Shown here: positions 38,001 through 46,811 of the stretch, one piece after another
Layout: every line of letters begins with the position of its first letter
Position numbering within the stretch: position 1 is the stretch's first letter
Origin: a virus
IMG/VR virus record: IMGVR_UViG_3300025009_000052
Length of the DNA stretch: 64,000 nucleotides
Reading direction: 5' to 3' (one strand)
Notes under the pieces: generated by a model
Told to the model about the DNA's origin: nothing
The model's input: only the letters and a program-made list of their open reading frames with translations
The model's database searches: none
Made by a program: the position numbers and the translations under genes

Positions 38001-38802
38001 GGATATCTCCGGTAGGCATATCTCTAAAGGTATTGATTAGTTTAGCCCCATGAATATCTTGAAATGGCTCAGCTACCTTATATCTAACTTTATTAATATA
38101 GATATAAAGTAGTTTTTTGTGCTTATTTCCCCTTCTAGTTAGTTCAATAGCTGTAGCTTGTTCAAAATAATCAGTTTCTATTCTATCGTTAGCCGGAATA
38201 TAATATTTTTTACCGTTTAATTGGACTTCTACCGTTTCTGACCAATATTGATTGTGTTTATAGGGAACAATAGACGGATAAAAATTATCTTTAAATAATT
38301 CCAATAGCCTTTGATAATATTGCATACCTACACTAGCACTGTTAACTAATAAATGTTTAGTTACAATATCTTCTACGTTGGAATTAGAAACAGTTACGTT
38401 GAATTTGCTTAGGTCCTCGAGGTCCGCCCATGTCCACAAATAGAATTTATGATCGCCAATATACATCTTAGTTCTTTGGGTATTACTACACATTTTGACT
38501 AATTTCTGATAAGCCGGTTGGTCTAAAGCGTGTATTACCAATTTAAAATATTTAACATTTTGAGATGGGGTATTTAAGGCCATAGGACAGTTTGGATCTT
38601 TAAAGAAGATTTCAATACCCAGTATCGGTTTAATATCGCTTTTTTTAGCGTATGAATATGCTTTCAAAGAACAGGACATATATCCATTATCGGTAACGGC
38701 AAAGTATGGTAACCCAAGTTCTTTAGACCGTTTAATCATAGAACTAACTGTAGAGCCGGTCAAATAGCTTTCTGGATGATTACATGTACCGATATGATTC
38801 AC
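35011..38802 (-). CDS. dnaE: DNA polymerase III alpha subunit (family C)
   Basis: PHP domain (AVTDNG, KPILGIE), GPARGSAGG, YPDIDADF, KYDFL, VFQL, IVFQEQ, YGFNKSHA, PPDIN.S, C-terminal OB fold. Confidence 0.95.
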   Translation of the reverse strand: MNHIGTCNHPESYLTGSTVSSMIKRSKELGLPYFAVTDNGYMSCSLKAYSYAKKSDIKPILGIEIFFKDPNCPMALNTPSQNVKYFKLVIHALDQPAYQKLVKMCSNTQRTKMYIGDHKFYLWTWADLEDLSKFNVTVSNSNVEDIVTKHLLVNSASVGMQYYQRLLELFKDNFYPSIVPYKHNQYWSETVEVQLNGKKYYIPANDRIETDYFEQATAIELTRRGNKHKKLLYIYINKVRYKVAEPFQDIHGAKLINTFRDMPTGDIQTKANKFIMALAQKFGQAGKLLINNYAYYSEKEDKIVQNMRLGGEKQFQASQYICSTEDIKEYLITELGFTDKAIEKTVQNSYQWAERFKDFELKYSYRLPEVDGNPEQLLIDIIKKKGRMKWDNPQYVQQFREEFDLLTKNGVINLIPYFLPIEKIFDFYAKSGFLTGPARGSAGGFLISYLAGITHLDPIKYGLSSARFLTLDRIQQGNYPDIDADFESRTPLVGQDGNSGYLYKTYGKRVAQASTRTLLRIKSAILDANRFINGGKVDDLVAAFSKSLPNTPQGVNDNEYVFGYEDNEGTWHPGLLETNDDLQKYATERPKEWDIVKRALSLSRQNSRHACSYLIADCDIEDILPVFEIGGVNRVTQPEAKQCEEAKLIKYDFLVVQSLKDIRFALDYINAKKTNEPQCIGWQHPESGSYGCKQCDPEMFKEDGWTEESGDGCLEPICLHDQAANLICPKCNKTIKDCGTIETGYFLHNGTKTYIWDLPEDQNVFKMLGSGKTESVFQLNTQSVTPFVKRLQPKSILDCATITSLVRPGPLDFIDEKTGRNMAEEYVARNNGTSRGHLEILNQMLPETHGIIVFQEQVSRICRELAGMSVIDSENVRIAMGKKKKKLIDSLKPVFIEGATIKVGRDVATEIWSMMETFARYGFNKSHAVGYSVISYACAFLKYHYPLEWWAAVLSNAKDKEIKEVFYQYTRDMVLPPDINLSTEKMSIDYNLNKIRNKLSMIVGVGAKLANKIIEGRPYKSIQDFANKKVCGSAIARKLIHVGVLDSLFDPKDSLLVKMKKFEDAVIYRDYLEKLNSYDILDPKQVKLKEKYEKKGPAASKINDLYIGMTPLKDFQIKKSIFPTMNLDLTKIFLENYEGEIHITPQYPVICNNFGEEFPLLTGEQLQKIDETNITQYFRFCVLGYIINAEEFAYSNGSKKALKIVVDSSGYTSEKVLWPDYDTGILSYPPELKAGAVCCFFYYKKPDKPYTNIIRIQIKAESI

Positions 38803-39059
38803 TAAACATCTCCGTTTTGTTCAATTTTCTTATCTTCGTAAGGGGAGATTATTCGTCTGTACATTTCTAATTTAGCACCTTCTAGAGCACCTATAGCGTC
38901 ATTAAAGTCCTGATATTTAGCCACATCTCGCTCTATAAACATATAGCAAATGGAGGTGATTAAATAGTTTAGTTCTCCAGCATTTTTAGGAGTATTTTTA
39001 AATATCTCCAACAAAGCTTTATCGAATTTTAATCTATCGTCCTGTTTTATATATGGCAT
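38802..39059 (-). CDS. Conserved small phage protein (DUF6899-like)
   Basis: MPYIKQ.DR...GELNY.IT...GALEGAKLEMYRR...PYED.KI..NGDV signature, recalled from memory. Confidence 0.6.
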   Translation of the reverse strand: MPYIKQDDRLKFDKALLEIFKNTPKNAGELNYLITSICYMFIERDVAKYQDFNDAIGALEGAKLEMYRRIISPYEDKKIEQNGDV

Positions 39060-39691
39060 TATTCCTCCACTATTTCTAATAAAGAACTACCTGACGTAAT
39101 CCCCATTTCATGTTTTTTACTTTTCATCAAAGCCAAAAAAGCTTTATAGACATCGACCGTCATTCTAATATCTTCCTTGGCGTTGTGGGCTTGGCCCATT
39201 GGAATATTAAAATACTCTACCATACTTTCCAACTTACCAAGTTCTTTAGGTAGTATACCAGCCTCTTGAAAAAAAGTCAATATCCTTAATGTATCTAAGG
39301 AATTGTGATGGACATATTTTGACCAGATTTCCCCATCCAACAATTGGTTTTTAACAAAGGGTATATCAAAATCAATATTCTGACCACACGGCCTATAGTG
39401 CCTTCTCTTTTTTGGAATCTTATGTTTTTCCAGTAAGGCTACTAATTTAACGGCTCCTTCTTTGTAAGTAATTGTTTGGGGGTCATTAAGGTGGTCTTCT
39501 AAATTAATACCAGTTACTTGCATTGCTTCTGGCGTAACACAAATCGTGCTAACATCTTCCGGCTTCAATTGGAGATACAACTCATCTATCAGTTCTAAAT
39601 CGTCGTTATATACACCGAAATAAGCTGTTAATAAAGAATGAATAGTAGGGTCAAGCCCTCCCGTTTCACAGTCAAAAAACAATTTTCTCAC
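39059..39691 (-). CDS. DEDDh 3'-5' exonuclease (DnaQ/epsilon-like), copy 2, probable proofreader
   Basis: FDCETGG, GQNIDFD, LDT, HNAKED. Located two genes upstream of dnaE. Confidence 0.85.
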   Translation of the reverse strand: MRKLFFDCETGGLDPTIHSLLTAYFGVYNDDLELIDELYLQLKPEDVSTICVTPEAMQVTGINLEDHLNDPQTITYKEGAVKLVALLEKHKIPKKRRHYRPCGQNIDFDIPFVKNQLLDGEIWSKYVHHNSLDTLRILTFFQEAGILPKELGKLESMVEYFNIPMGQAHNAKEDIRMTVDVYKAFLALMKSKKHEMGITSGSSLLEIVEE

Positions 39692-39924
39692 TAGTCCCTC
39701 ACATTTATTTTAAGTTTTTTTCTAATTTTTCTAATAGCTGCCATAAATATATTATCAACCTCATTGTTTTCTAGTAATAAGACTTTGGCTATTCTATCGT
39801 CCTCAACACCATCAGGATAAGAATCCATAAAAATCTTTAGAGAATTGTTTAGCCGTGGGCAGTAGATAAAATCTCTCTCTTGTTCGATCTTATCTTGTAT
39901 TTTTTTCTTGTCTTTTGGGTTCAT
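39691..39924 (-). CDS. Small protein resembling a stand-alone sigma region-4 HTH
   Basis: 'GVEDDRIAKVLLLENNEVDNIFMAAIRKIRKKL' fits the pattern (T/S)xxEIAxxLxxSxxxVxxIxxxAxxKLR. Confidence 0.5.
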   Translation of the reverse strand: MNPKDKKKIQDKIEQERDFIYCPRLNNSLKIFMDSYPDGVEDDRIAKVLLLENNEVDNIFMAAIRKIRKKLKINVRD

Positions 39925-40289
39925 GGTTTCCTTTTAAATGGAAGTACGGTTTCTCCACCGTACTCGGTTTTAAATTGAGTTAAATATAAATCGTATTTTT
40001 TTAAATTACTATCAATAGAGTTTTGTAGTTTTTTTCTTAAATTGCTGAATTTAATAATATTAGTTCTAACCTCTTCCAGAGCCTCCATTGATTTTTTATA
40101 TTCTGGCAATACAGCTACAATGTCGTCCCGCCTTAATAGGTTAATATTATAGGTTAAATCTCTTTGTAATCTATCCAGATAAAACAGGTCAATTTCAATT
40201 CTATTCAAGTCGTGCTCTAGTAAATTAGTTTCCATCTCCAGCCCTACAATTATTCCTCTAAGTTCTTTTATTTTCTTCTTCAGACGCAT
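39921..40289 (-). CDS. Hypothetical coiled-coil protein
   Basis: Heptad-rich 122 aa. Confidence 0.55.
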   Translation of the reverse strand: MRLKKKIKELRGIIVGLEMETNLLEHDLNRIEIDLFYLDRLQRDLTYNINLLRRDDIVAVLPEYKKSMEALEEVRTNIIKFSNLRKKLQNSIDSNLKKYDLYLTQFKTEYGGETVLPFKRKP

Positions 40290-40326
40290 ACCTACTTATA
40301 ACATTCGCCATTAATCCTCTCTTAAT

Positions 40327-40381
40327 ACTATATACCACAAAAAATAAAAAACCCTCCAATTAGGAGGGTTAGTTTAGAAAA
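40327..40381 (-). repeat. 55-bp exact direct repeat, copy 1 (terminator + class II promoter)
   Basis: Identical to 46812..46866. Contains the AACCCTCC/GGAGGGTT hairpin, a T-run and TTGTGGTATATAG on the - strand. Confidence 0.95.
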
Positions 40382-40395
40382 GTATCTTTGTTATT

Positions 40396-41616
40396 TTAGT
40401 TAGATTTCTCTTCGAGATATATCGGAAAGCTTCTAAAAAAACTAGTTCTTCTTTTGTTGGTTTTAATATAATAATTAAGCATTTGGAGAGCTTCGGAGTC
40501 GAAACCCTTACCTTCCGAATAGTCGTCTTGACCAGGAACACTGCCATTTACCTGCACCTTTCCTTGACCATACTCTACTCTTTCGTGCCAGTGGCCAACC
40601 CGATAAAAATCTACAATTTTACCGATTTGAGCTTGTCTCTTATTCATTAGTTTCATCATAGTATCACGATTTAAATTTGAGAGCTCGTTACCGTGTTCGT
40701 AAACTATAGTTGAGCCGTATATTTCGGTATTAGTAAACATTTTACTGGTTATAGAAAATTTAATATTTTTCAATCCGCCAACTTGACATAGCAATTCTAA
40801 TTGCTTATAGATAACGTAGGTTAAATTGTTTTCTCCTGGCTTAACATATGTGCTTTGTTTCCCCAATCTATCATGATTTCCAGTTACACAAACAATATCG
40901 ATACAAGGAAGGCCGGTTAAAGATATTGGAATTAAAAGGTCATGGTAGATACTAACAATCGCTTCATTCATTTGTCTTGAGGTTCCAAATTCACACCCCA
41001 TTAAAGATTCTTCTCCATGCATATGGGAAGACTCAATAATATCTCCTAGAATTCCGATTACCATTCGTTCCACATCATAAAAGACAGAGTTTCGCTTTAT
41101 TTCTTTCACAACTTGGTCACACACTTTTTTAATTCTTTTTCTAATAACATCACAAGACACTACAGTATTTCCACAATCATCTTTGATTAATTTACCATAA
41201 TGGATATCACTTAACAGCAATTCCATGGTCATTTTATCTTTAGTTTTATTATCTTTTGATTTAAAAACCAATGATTTAGGTACTTTATACGGTGATAGTT
41301 TAATTTGTTCTAGAAGTAATTTAAACTGGTCTAGTAAATCTTCTCGATCAATCCAAGATTGGAGGATGGTACGATTTTCTTTGGCTCTGTATGAATTGTT
41401 TTTCTTGCTTCTGTGAACATCTTTTAATAGTTTTAGGTCGTGGTCTTTTTGTAAAAATAAATCTTTATTTCTTTGGTAACATTTTCTAATTGCTTCAGAG
41501 TGAACATTTTCTTTAAATTTTTTTTCAAAAGCGTCGCCTATTTCTGCCCACGTCCAATCAGTTTCTTCTTTTTTTTGAATAATAAAAATAATTTCTTGAT
41601 CAGTCCATTTTCTCAT
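40396..41616 (-). CDS. Calcineurin-like metallophosphoesterase with N-terminal Myb/HTH-like domain
   Basis: SDIHYG, LGDIIE, GNHD, EHG, GHWH. N-terminal WTDQE...WAEI. Confidence 0.8.
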   Translation of the reverse strand: MRKWTDQEIIFIIQKKEETDWTWAEIGDAFEKKFKENVHSEAIRKCYQRNKDLFLQKDHDLKLLKDVHRSKKNNSYRAKENRTILQSWIDREDLLDQFKLLLEQIKLSPYKVPKSLVFKSKDNKTKDKMTMELLLSDIHYGKLIKDDCGNTVVSCDVIRKRIKKVCDQVVKEIKRNSVFYDVERMVIGILGDIIESSHMHGEESLMGCEFGTSRQMNEAIVSIYHDLLIPISLTGLPCIDIVCVTGNHDRLGKQSTYVKPGENNLTYVIYKQLELLCQVGGLKNIKFSITSKMFTNTEIYGSTIVYEHGNELSNLNRDTMMKLMNKRQAQIGKIVDFYRVGHWHERVEYGQGKVQVNGSVPGQDDYSEGKGFDSEALQMLNYYIKTNKRRTSFFRSFPIYLEEKSN

Positions 41617-41683
41617 CGTACCATCCTGTTTTTTTATAAAGATTACGATATTTTAAAAAAACACCGTAATCTAACTGCTAATA

Positions 41684-42229
41684 TTATGCAGGATCTTTGT
41701 CAAATTTAATTTCTTTTTTAGGAGGAATAATATCATATACCTCCATAATTTCTATTGAACTTTCACTATCGTCGTTTTTAAACAAAGACCCTTCTTTTTG
41801 TCCAATAAATTTCGGCTTAAGGTCTGCCACTAACGAGGCAACTGCAAACTGTATTCTAGGTGCAATTACGTTACCGTCCTTATCAATTTCTCGACCAACA
41901 ACAAAACACTGTTCGTCTTTTATAAGACCATCGGACGACCTTTTCGCTATACCCTTATCTATCAACATCTGCACTTTAGACTCCAACGATTTAGCATTCT
42001 CGTCCACAATTACTTGCGTTACAGAATCACTAGAAATGTTAGCGATTTGATTGCTGGCATTTAATCGCCTAGCTAAAAGCTGTACAACTTGACCAATCTT
42101 ATCAATTTCTTCAGCCAAAATTTGAATTTGTTGTTGGAGACCAGTAGTCAGCCCTTCTAATGCAATTAGTTTTTGACTTGCATTAAGTGATTTTGTTTTA
42201 GTTTCTGATTTTTTAGTAATTTTACCCAT
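41684..42229 (-). CDS. Hypothetical protein, coiled coil plus possible FKBP/GreA-C-like domain
   Basis: N-terminal heptads. C-terminal 'F.VASL...LKPKFIGQKEG...IEIMEVY'. Confidence 0.5.
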   Translation of the reverse strand: MGKITKKSETKTKSLNASQKLIALEGLTTGLQQQIQILAEEIDKIGQVVQLLARRLNASNQIANISSDSVTQVIVDENAKSLESKVQMLIDKGIAKRSSDGLIKDEQCFVVGREIDKDGNVIAPRIQFAVASLVADLKPKFIGQKEGSLFKNDDSESSIEIMEVYDIIPPKKEIKFDKDPA

Positions 42230-43188
42230 TATCCCTCCCGTTGCTTGATTGCAGCTAATTTATTTGCTAATTGTAAGTTAAATTGATTTAAGTCCGATCC
42301 GCCAGACGATTGAGTCTGTTGTTGTTTCATATAATGAAATTCTATTTGTTCTGGAGTCATTAAGGGAACCTTATTGGTAGGTTCGATTTTAGCATGTCTC
42401 TCATTGACCCTCAATATTTCTTGAGCTTTTTCTTTAGGAGTCATCTCGCTTAATTTTTTTCTATTTTGACTTATTTTTAAGTCTTCCCGAGCAATTGCCT
42501 CGGCTTCCTGTGGGGTTAATCGTCTTTCTCCTAACCCATCTGCTTTTATTTTTTGCCTAACAGAGTTGGTTGGTTTTTTATTAACCGTTTTGGTTAATTT
42601 AGTTGTAGTTTTCGCCGCTGGTTTAATCGTTGGCTTAACTTCAATCGGTTGAATCGTAGGCTTAGTTGGTATATTAGACAGTGATTTTAATTTATTAACT
42701 ACGGGTGTAGTTTGTACTGGTTTAATATCACTAGGCTGCTGAGTAGCCTGAATAGATACACCCCTAGTACCCTTATATGCCAGTTGTTTTAAAAAATCCA
42801 CCTCAATCTCATTGAACTGGCTTTGTATTTCAGTCGCTTGGGGCTTTAATGCTCGAAGCCCTAACAACACCTCTAGTCTATAAACTATATATTCCTTAAG
42901 TTCGTTTTGAACGTTCTGAATAGCTTGTTGATCAGCAGAAACACCTTCAAATAGATTATGGTTAATTAGCATCTCATAGAGTCGGGCTTGTTCTAAGCGA
43001 AGTCTAGCGTTGTAAACAATACTTGTTTCTTGTTCATCCAATTCAAAAGCAGACTCTTCCTGTATTTCTTCAACAACCTGATGAGATATATTATGAAATG
43101 GGGTTATAGATATAACTTCGGGTTGTGAGTTGTCCCCCAACATTTCATAGTTTGATATCGTATCTTGATTTTCCCAAAAATTTCCCAT
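42229..43188 (-). CDS. Hypothetical protein with low-complexity KPT linker
   Basis: Likely start at ATG 43188 (AGAGG RBS), after a class II promoter at 43208-43218. Confidence 0.6.
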   Translation of the reverse strand: MGNFWENQDTISNYEMLGDNSQPEVISITPFHNISHQVVEEIQEESAFELDEQETSIVYNARLRLEQARLYEMLINHNLFEGVSADQQAIQNVQNELKEYIVYRLEVLLGLRALKPQATEIQSQFNEIEVDFLKQLAYKGTRGVSIQATQQPSDIKPVQTTPVVNKLKSLSNIPTKPTIQPIEVKPTIKPAAKTTTKLTKTVNKKPTNSVRQKIKADGLGERRLTPQEAEAIAREDLKISQNRKKLSEMTPKEKAQEILRVNERHAKIEPTNKVPLMTPEQIEFHYMKQQQTQSSGGSDLNQFNLQLANKLAAIKQREG

Positions 43189-43232
43189 AAAATTACCTCT
43201 CTTAGAGATATACCACAAAATCTAAATAAATA

Positions 43233-43826
43233 CTACTTTTGTTCTAAAAAGAACGCATATCCTAATAAGATAGCGTCTGCCCTGTCTTCATCTTTAAGTT
43301 TAAGATCTAAATTGAACAGTTCATTAACCCTACGGACGTTAACGTGTTTTTTTCCGACTTTGCCTAATCGCTTACCGTCACTGTCCTTGACGACCTTCTC
43401 ACCTAAACCGTGTTTGGTTCTGACAGTTTTATTTTGTTTTTTTTCTTCAGTGGTCATTAGGCAGCCACATACCCTACGCCACTCTTCAGTTCGGTAATAT
43501 TTAGCCGGAGTCATTGTATAACTTATCATTTCAGCCACCCTAAGGTGTATGAATTCCAATATTTTTTGTGAAAAGTTGTTTTTAGAACCCTTAGATGTTT
43601 CCTCAATGACTAATTTGTCTGGACTAAACTGTTTCATTAATTTTTCAATTTCCCTAAAACACTCCCAGGACCACTGTAAATAGTCCATAGGATATTCGAT
43701 TTTAGGTTTTTCAATTTTTGGTAAAGTTCCAGACGCTAATAGTTCATATTTATTATCTTTTATGTGCGCTACCGAATATCCTGTCTTGGTTGAAAGATCC
43801 AAAGACAGGACAGTTATAGAATCCAC
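43233..43826 (-). CDS. RuvC-like Holliday junction resolvase
   Basis: LSLDLSTKTG, VIEE, EWR, DEDRADAILLG. Confidence 0.8.
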   Translation of the reverse strand: MDSITVLSLDLSTKTGYSVAHIKDNKYELLASGTLPKIEKPKIEYPMDYLQWSWECFREIEKLMKQFSPDKLVIEETSKGSKNNFSQKILEFIHLRVAEMISYTMTPAKYYRTEEWRRVCGCLMTTEEKKQNKTVRTKHGLGEKVVKDSDGKRLGKVGKKHVNVRRVNELFNLDLKLKDEDRADAILLGYAFFLEQK

Positions 43827-44137
43827 TATTCCTCTTCTACTTTATCATTTTCTTCGTTAGATTGGCCATTAGCTTCTCTTATAAGCATATTAATATAAGC
43901 CATTTTCATTTTTAATGCCCCAATAGCATCACGGTATGGGCCCGCTAAAAAAGTAACATTCTCTTTAGCCGATTGAAGTTCCGTGTCTAGTTTTTGGGCC
44001 AACTCTGAATCTTCTCTATGTTTAGAGTAAATCAATAGGTTCTTTTCTAAATCCTGAGATCCCAAATTCTGAATTGATTCAACAAATGATGGGAATTTCT
44101 TAAGTACTTTTTTCTTAAATTCTTGTGTCTTGCTCAT
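43826..44137 (-). CDS. Hypothetical protein
   Basis: 103 aa, AAGGAG RBS. Confidence 0.55.
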   Translation of the reverse strand: MSKTQEFKKKVLKKFPSFVESIQNLGSQDLEKNLLIYSKHREDSELAQKLDTELQSAKENVTFLAGPYRDAIGALKMKMAYINMLIREANGQSNEENDKVEEE

Positions 44138-44147
44138 TTTTGCTCCT

Positions 44148-44504
44148 TTAAAACTTATTATCCTTGAAGTCGAACTTTGGTAATCTCTTAAAGCATTCTA
44201 ATCTATTAAGATGTCCAATTGTTGCTTCCACAATACATAATTGTATTTGCTTTTCTTGATCTAGTTGGGTTTTTAATCTACCAGATGTTTGAAGAAACTT
44301 AGGAAAAGTTTCATGAGCCATTAGTGTTTTGGCGTCATCTACAATGGTAGTTAGGTCTTTATTGTTCATTAAATGCGTAGCTTTATTTTTATGTACATAT
44401 TTTTCTAACAATAGAGTTAGTGTCTGTACCTTATCAGAATGACCTTGATTTTCCATAACCTTAAGTGTTTCTAAAACGTCTTGATAAATATTGTCATTTA
44501 GCAT
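44148..44504 (-). CDS. Hypothetical protein
   Basis: 118 aa, GGAGG RBS, class II promoter at 44527-44537. Confidence 0.6.
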   Translation of the reverse strand: MLNDNIYQDVLETLKVMENQGHSDKVQTLTLLLEKYVHKNKATHLMNNKDLTTIVDDAKTLMAHETFPKFLQTSGRLKTQLDQEKQIQLCIVEATIGHLNRLECFKRLPKFDFKDNKF

Positions 44505-44544
44505 GTTGCCTCCCTCTGTTAATTAAATATACCATAAACAGAGG

Positions 44545-46545
44545 CTATTGTCCAATAGAAATAACGTCCGAAATCATTTCTTTTAATTCTGGACTATGGT
44601 CTACCAATATTATTTGTTTACCGCTATCTAATGATTTTAAAACATCTAAATACTGTTCTTTTCCCTCAGAATCCAAACCATCAAACGGTTCATCTATGAT
44701 GAAGAAATTCGCACCCTTACCTACCTTATTTTCAATAACATCAATGACGGCTAAATCTACCGCTAAATCAATTACTGTACGCTCACCACCAGACAATGTT
44801 TTAATGGGAATGTCACTTTCACCGGCTTTAGTTATAATAGCATTTACCTCATCTTTTATGGTGCCAGACTTGTTTTCCTTACATCCCTCAAAAAAGATGC
44901 TGGAATTAGCCATATTATGAACGTTTCCTAAAATAGAAGTGGCCGTCTCACCAATCGTATCCAAAGTCTCTTGAAATATTTGAAGAGTGTATGACTTAAT
45001 CAGTCTTTTAGCTTCTTCCGCAATTATCAGGTTATTTTTTAATTGACACAATGAGTCTTGGATACTAGAAAGCTTTTGCTGCTTTTGGATAATATTTACT
45101 TCAATATCTTCCATTCGTTGTTTGTAAGATCTACAATTCAAATTATAGTTTTGAAGTTCTTTTCCCATAATTTCAATGTCAGTACTTACAGTGTTGAGAG
45201 TGGTCTTGACACTATTGATCTCCCCGTCATATATTTCACTAATTTCTTTTTGTTTTTGAAGAAACAGGTTTTGATCTTTTAGATATATGGAATCAATTTC
45301 TTTTTGAAGATTGCTTAACTTATTTTTTTCTTGAGACAGTTGTTCTTGTAATCCGGCAATTTGAATATCAAAAGAAGATGTGTCTGGCGATTGTAATTGT
45401 TTAATTAAACACTCAATAGATCCTATGTCTTCTAAAAGAAGTGGCTCTTGGTCTATTTTAGACTTTTTTTGTAAAATATCGCTCACCAGATTTTTGATCT
45501 GGGTATCTAATTTGTTAATATATTCTTTTTGATCGTTGCTTGACCATAATTGATTACAGGTAGGACAGCTATTGTTTTCAGCATGTTGTTTTTGTTGTTT
45601 AAAAGTGTTTACGTTAGATACTATACTTTGTATTTCGGTTTTTAGATACTGAATCTTATTCAATTGTTGCTTTTTATCGGATAATTTATTAGACAATTCC
45701 TGTCTTTTCTCAATTACGCTTTTCACTAGGGCGTTTTTTTGATAATTAACCTCTTTAATCAAAGACTCTATTTCCCTAGAAGCACTGAGGTCATATTCAC
45801 ATACTCCTTTTATTGGTTTAGATATTTGACTCAACTGATTTTGCTTATTTTCAATTAGAGACTGGAGCTTAGTAGATAATTGATCTCGTACAAGTCTTTT
45901 TTGTTCTAATAAGTCTCTATCCACAAGACATACCGGTGCTATTTCCCTGTTTTTTATTAAAATCAATTCGTCTATATTTGCTGTTAAATTGATACATTCA
46001 GAGGCTTTTGTATCAATTAATTGGAGGTTATTTTTATTTTTCTCATTAATAAGTTCGATTTTATCTTGATAAGGCTGTAATCCTAATAATTCAATTAAAA
46101 ATTCATAAGTTTGTTTAGCTGTCATTTGTAAGAAAAAACCCCTCTCCTGCTGTGACTTATGTATAATTTTCTTGAAAAGCTTTCTGGGCACCCCTATTAG
46201 TTCGTCCAATTTTAACTCAGCCAAATCAACATTGCCAGATATAGTTTCGCTAGGTAATTTAATAGTAAGTCCATCTTTTTTACTTCGTTCTACAGTAATA
46301 ATTTGATCATTATATTTAAAAATCCCCCTAACGTATATGGGTTTTTTAGTAAATCGACTTTGTAATTGTGTTGCTGGTATGGAATTTACATCTAATAAAT
46401 AGTCCAAAGCGTGGAATATTGTTGATTTACCTACTCCAGACGGGCCATCAATTAGCAATAGGTTACTATGATTACTTAGTTCAAAAACTTGCTCTTCAGT
46501 GAATCTTCCTATGTTGTTAAATATAAGTGTTTGTAAGTATAACAT
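44545..46545 (-). CDS. SbcC/Rad50/gp46-like SMC ATPase
   Basis: GPSGVGKS, Q-loop, coiled coil with CPTC zinc hook, LSGGE signature, IIDEPFDGLD, VDH. Confidence 0.9.
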   Translation of the reverse strand: MLYLQTLIFNNIGRFTEEQVFELSNHSNLLLIDGPSGVGKSTIFHALDYLLDVNSIPATQLQSRFTKKPIYVRGIFKYNDQIITVERSKKDGLTIKLPSETISGNVDLAELKLDELIGVPRKLFKKIIHKSQQERGFFLQMTAKQTYEFLIELLGLQPYQDKIELINEKNKNNLQLIDTKASECINLTANIDELILIKNREIAPVCLVDRDLLEQKRLVRDQLSTKLQSLIENKQNQLSQISKPIKGVCEYDLSASREIESLIKEVNYQKNALVKSVIEKRQELSNKLSDKKQQLNKIQYLKTEIQSIVSNVNTFKQQKQHAENNSCPTCNQLWSSNDQKEYINKLDTQIKNLVSDILQKKSKIDQEPLLLEDIGSIECLIKQLQSPDTSSFDIQIAGLQEQLSQEKNKLSNLQKEIDSIYLKDQNLFLQKQKEISEIYDGEINSVKTTLNTVSTDIEIMGKELQNYNLNCRSYKQRMEDIEVNIIQKQQKLSSIQDSLCQLKNNLIIAEEAKRLIKSYTLQIFQETLDTIGETATSILGNVHNMANSSIFFEGCKENKSGTIKDEVNAIITKAGESDIPIKTLSGGERTVIDLAVDLAVIDVIENKVGKGANFFIIDEPFDGLDSEGKEQYLDVLKSLDSGKQIILVDHSPELKEMISDVISIGQ

Positions 46546-46547
46546 GT

Positions 46548-46796
46548 TTATCCTTTTTCTATTACTTTTTGTCTTTCACTCTCAACAATATCCTTATTGA
46601 TTTCTAACTGTCTCTGTCTTAAGCCATTATCAATAACCTCTGTAGATTTAGAGAATGGGGATGATAATTGTCTTTCCATTTTTCCCATCATACATATACC
46701 ACAATCTAAATTACGGGGAATATCAGTAGTGTTTTTAAAGTATTTCTTTATTTCAACCTGACATTTGGGGTTATTGCACTTAAAAATTATAATCAT
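46548..46796 (-). CDS. FmdB-like zinc-ribbon protein
   Basis: FKCNNPKC...CGIC..KMERQLSSP. Start at ATG 46796 after a class II promoter. Confidence 0.6.
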   Translation of the reverse strand: MIIIFKCNNPKCQVEIKKYFKNTTDIPRNLDCGICMMGKMERQLSSPFSKSTEVIDNGLRQRQLEINKDIVESERQKVIEKG

Positions 46797-46811
46797 TTTA
46801 ATACCTCTACA

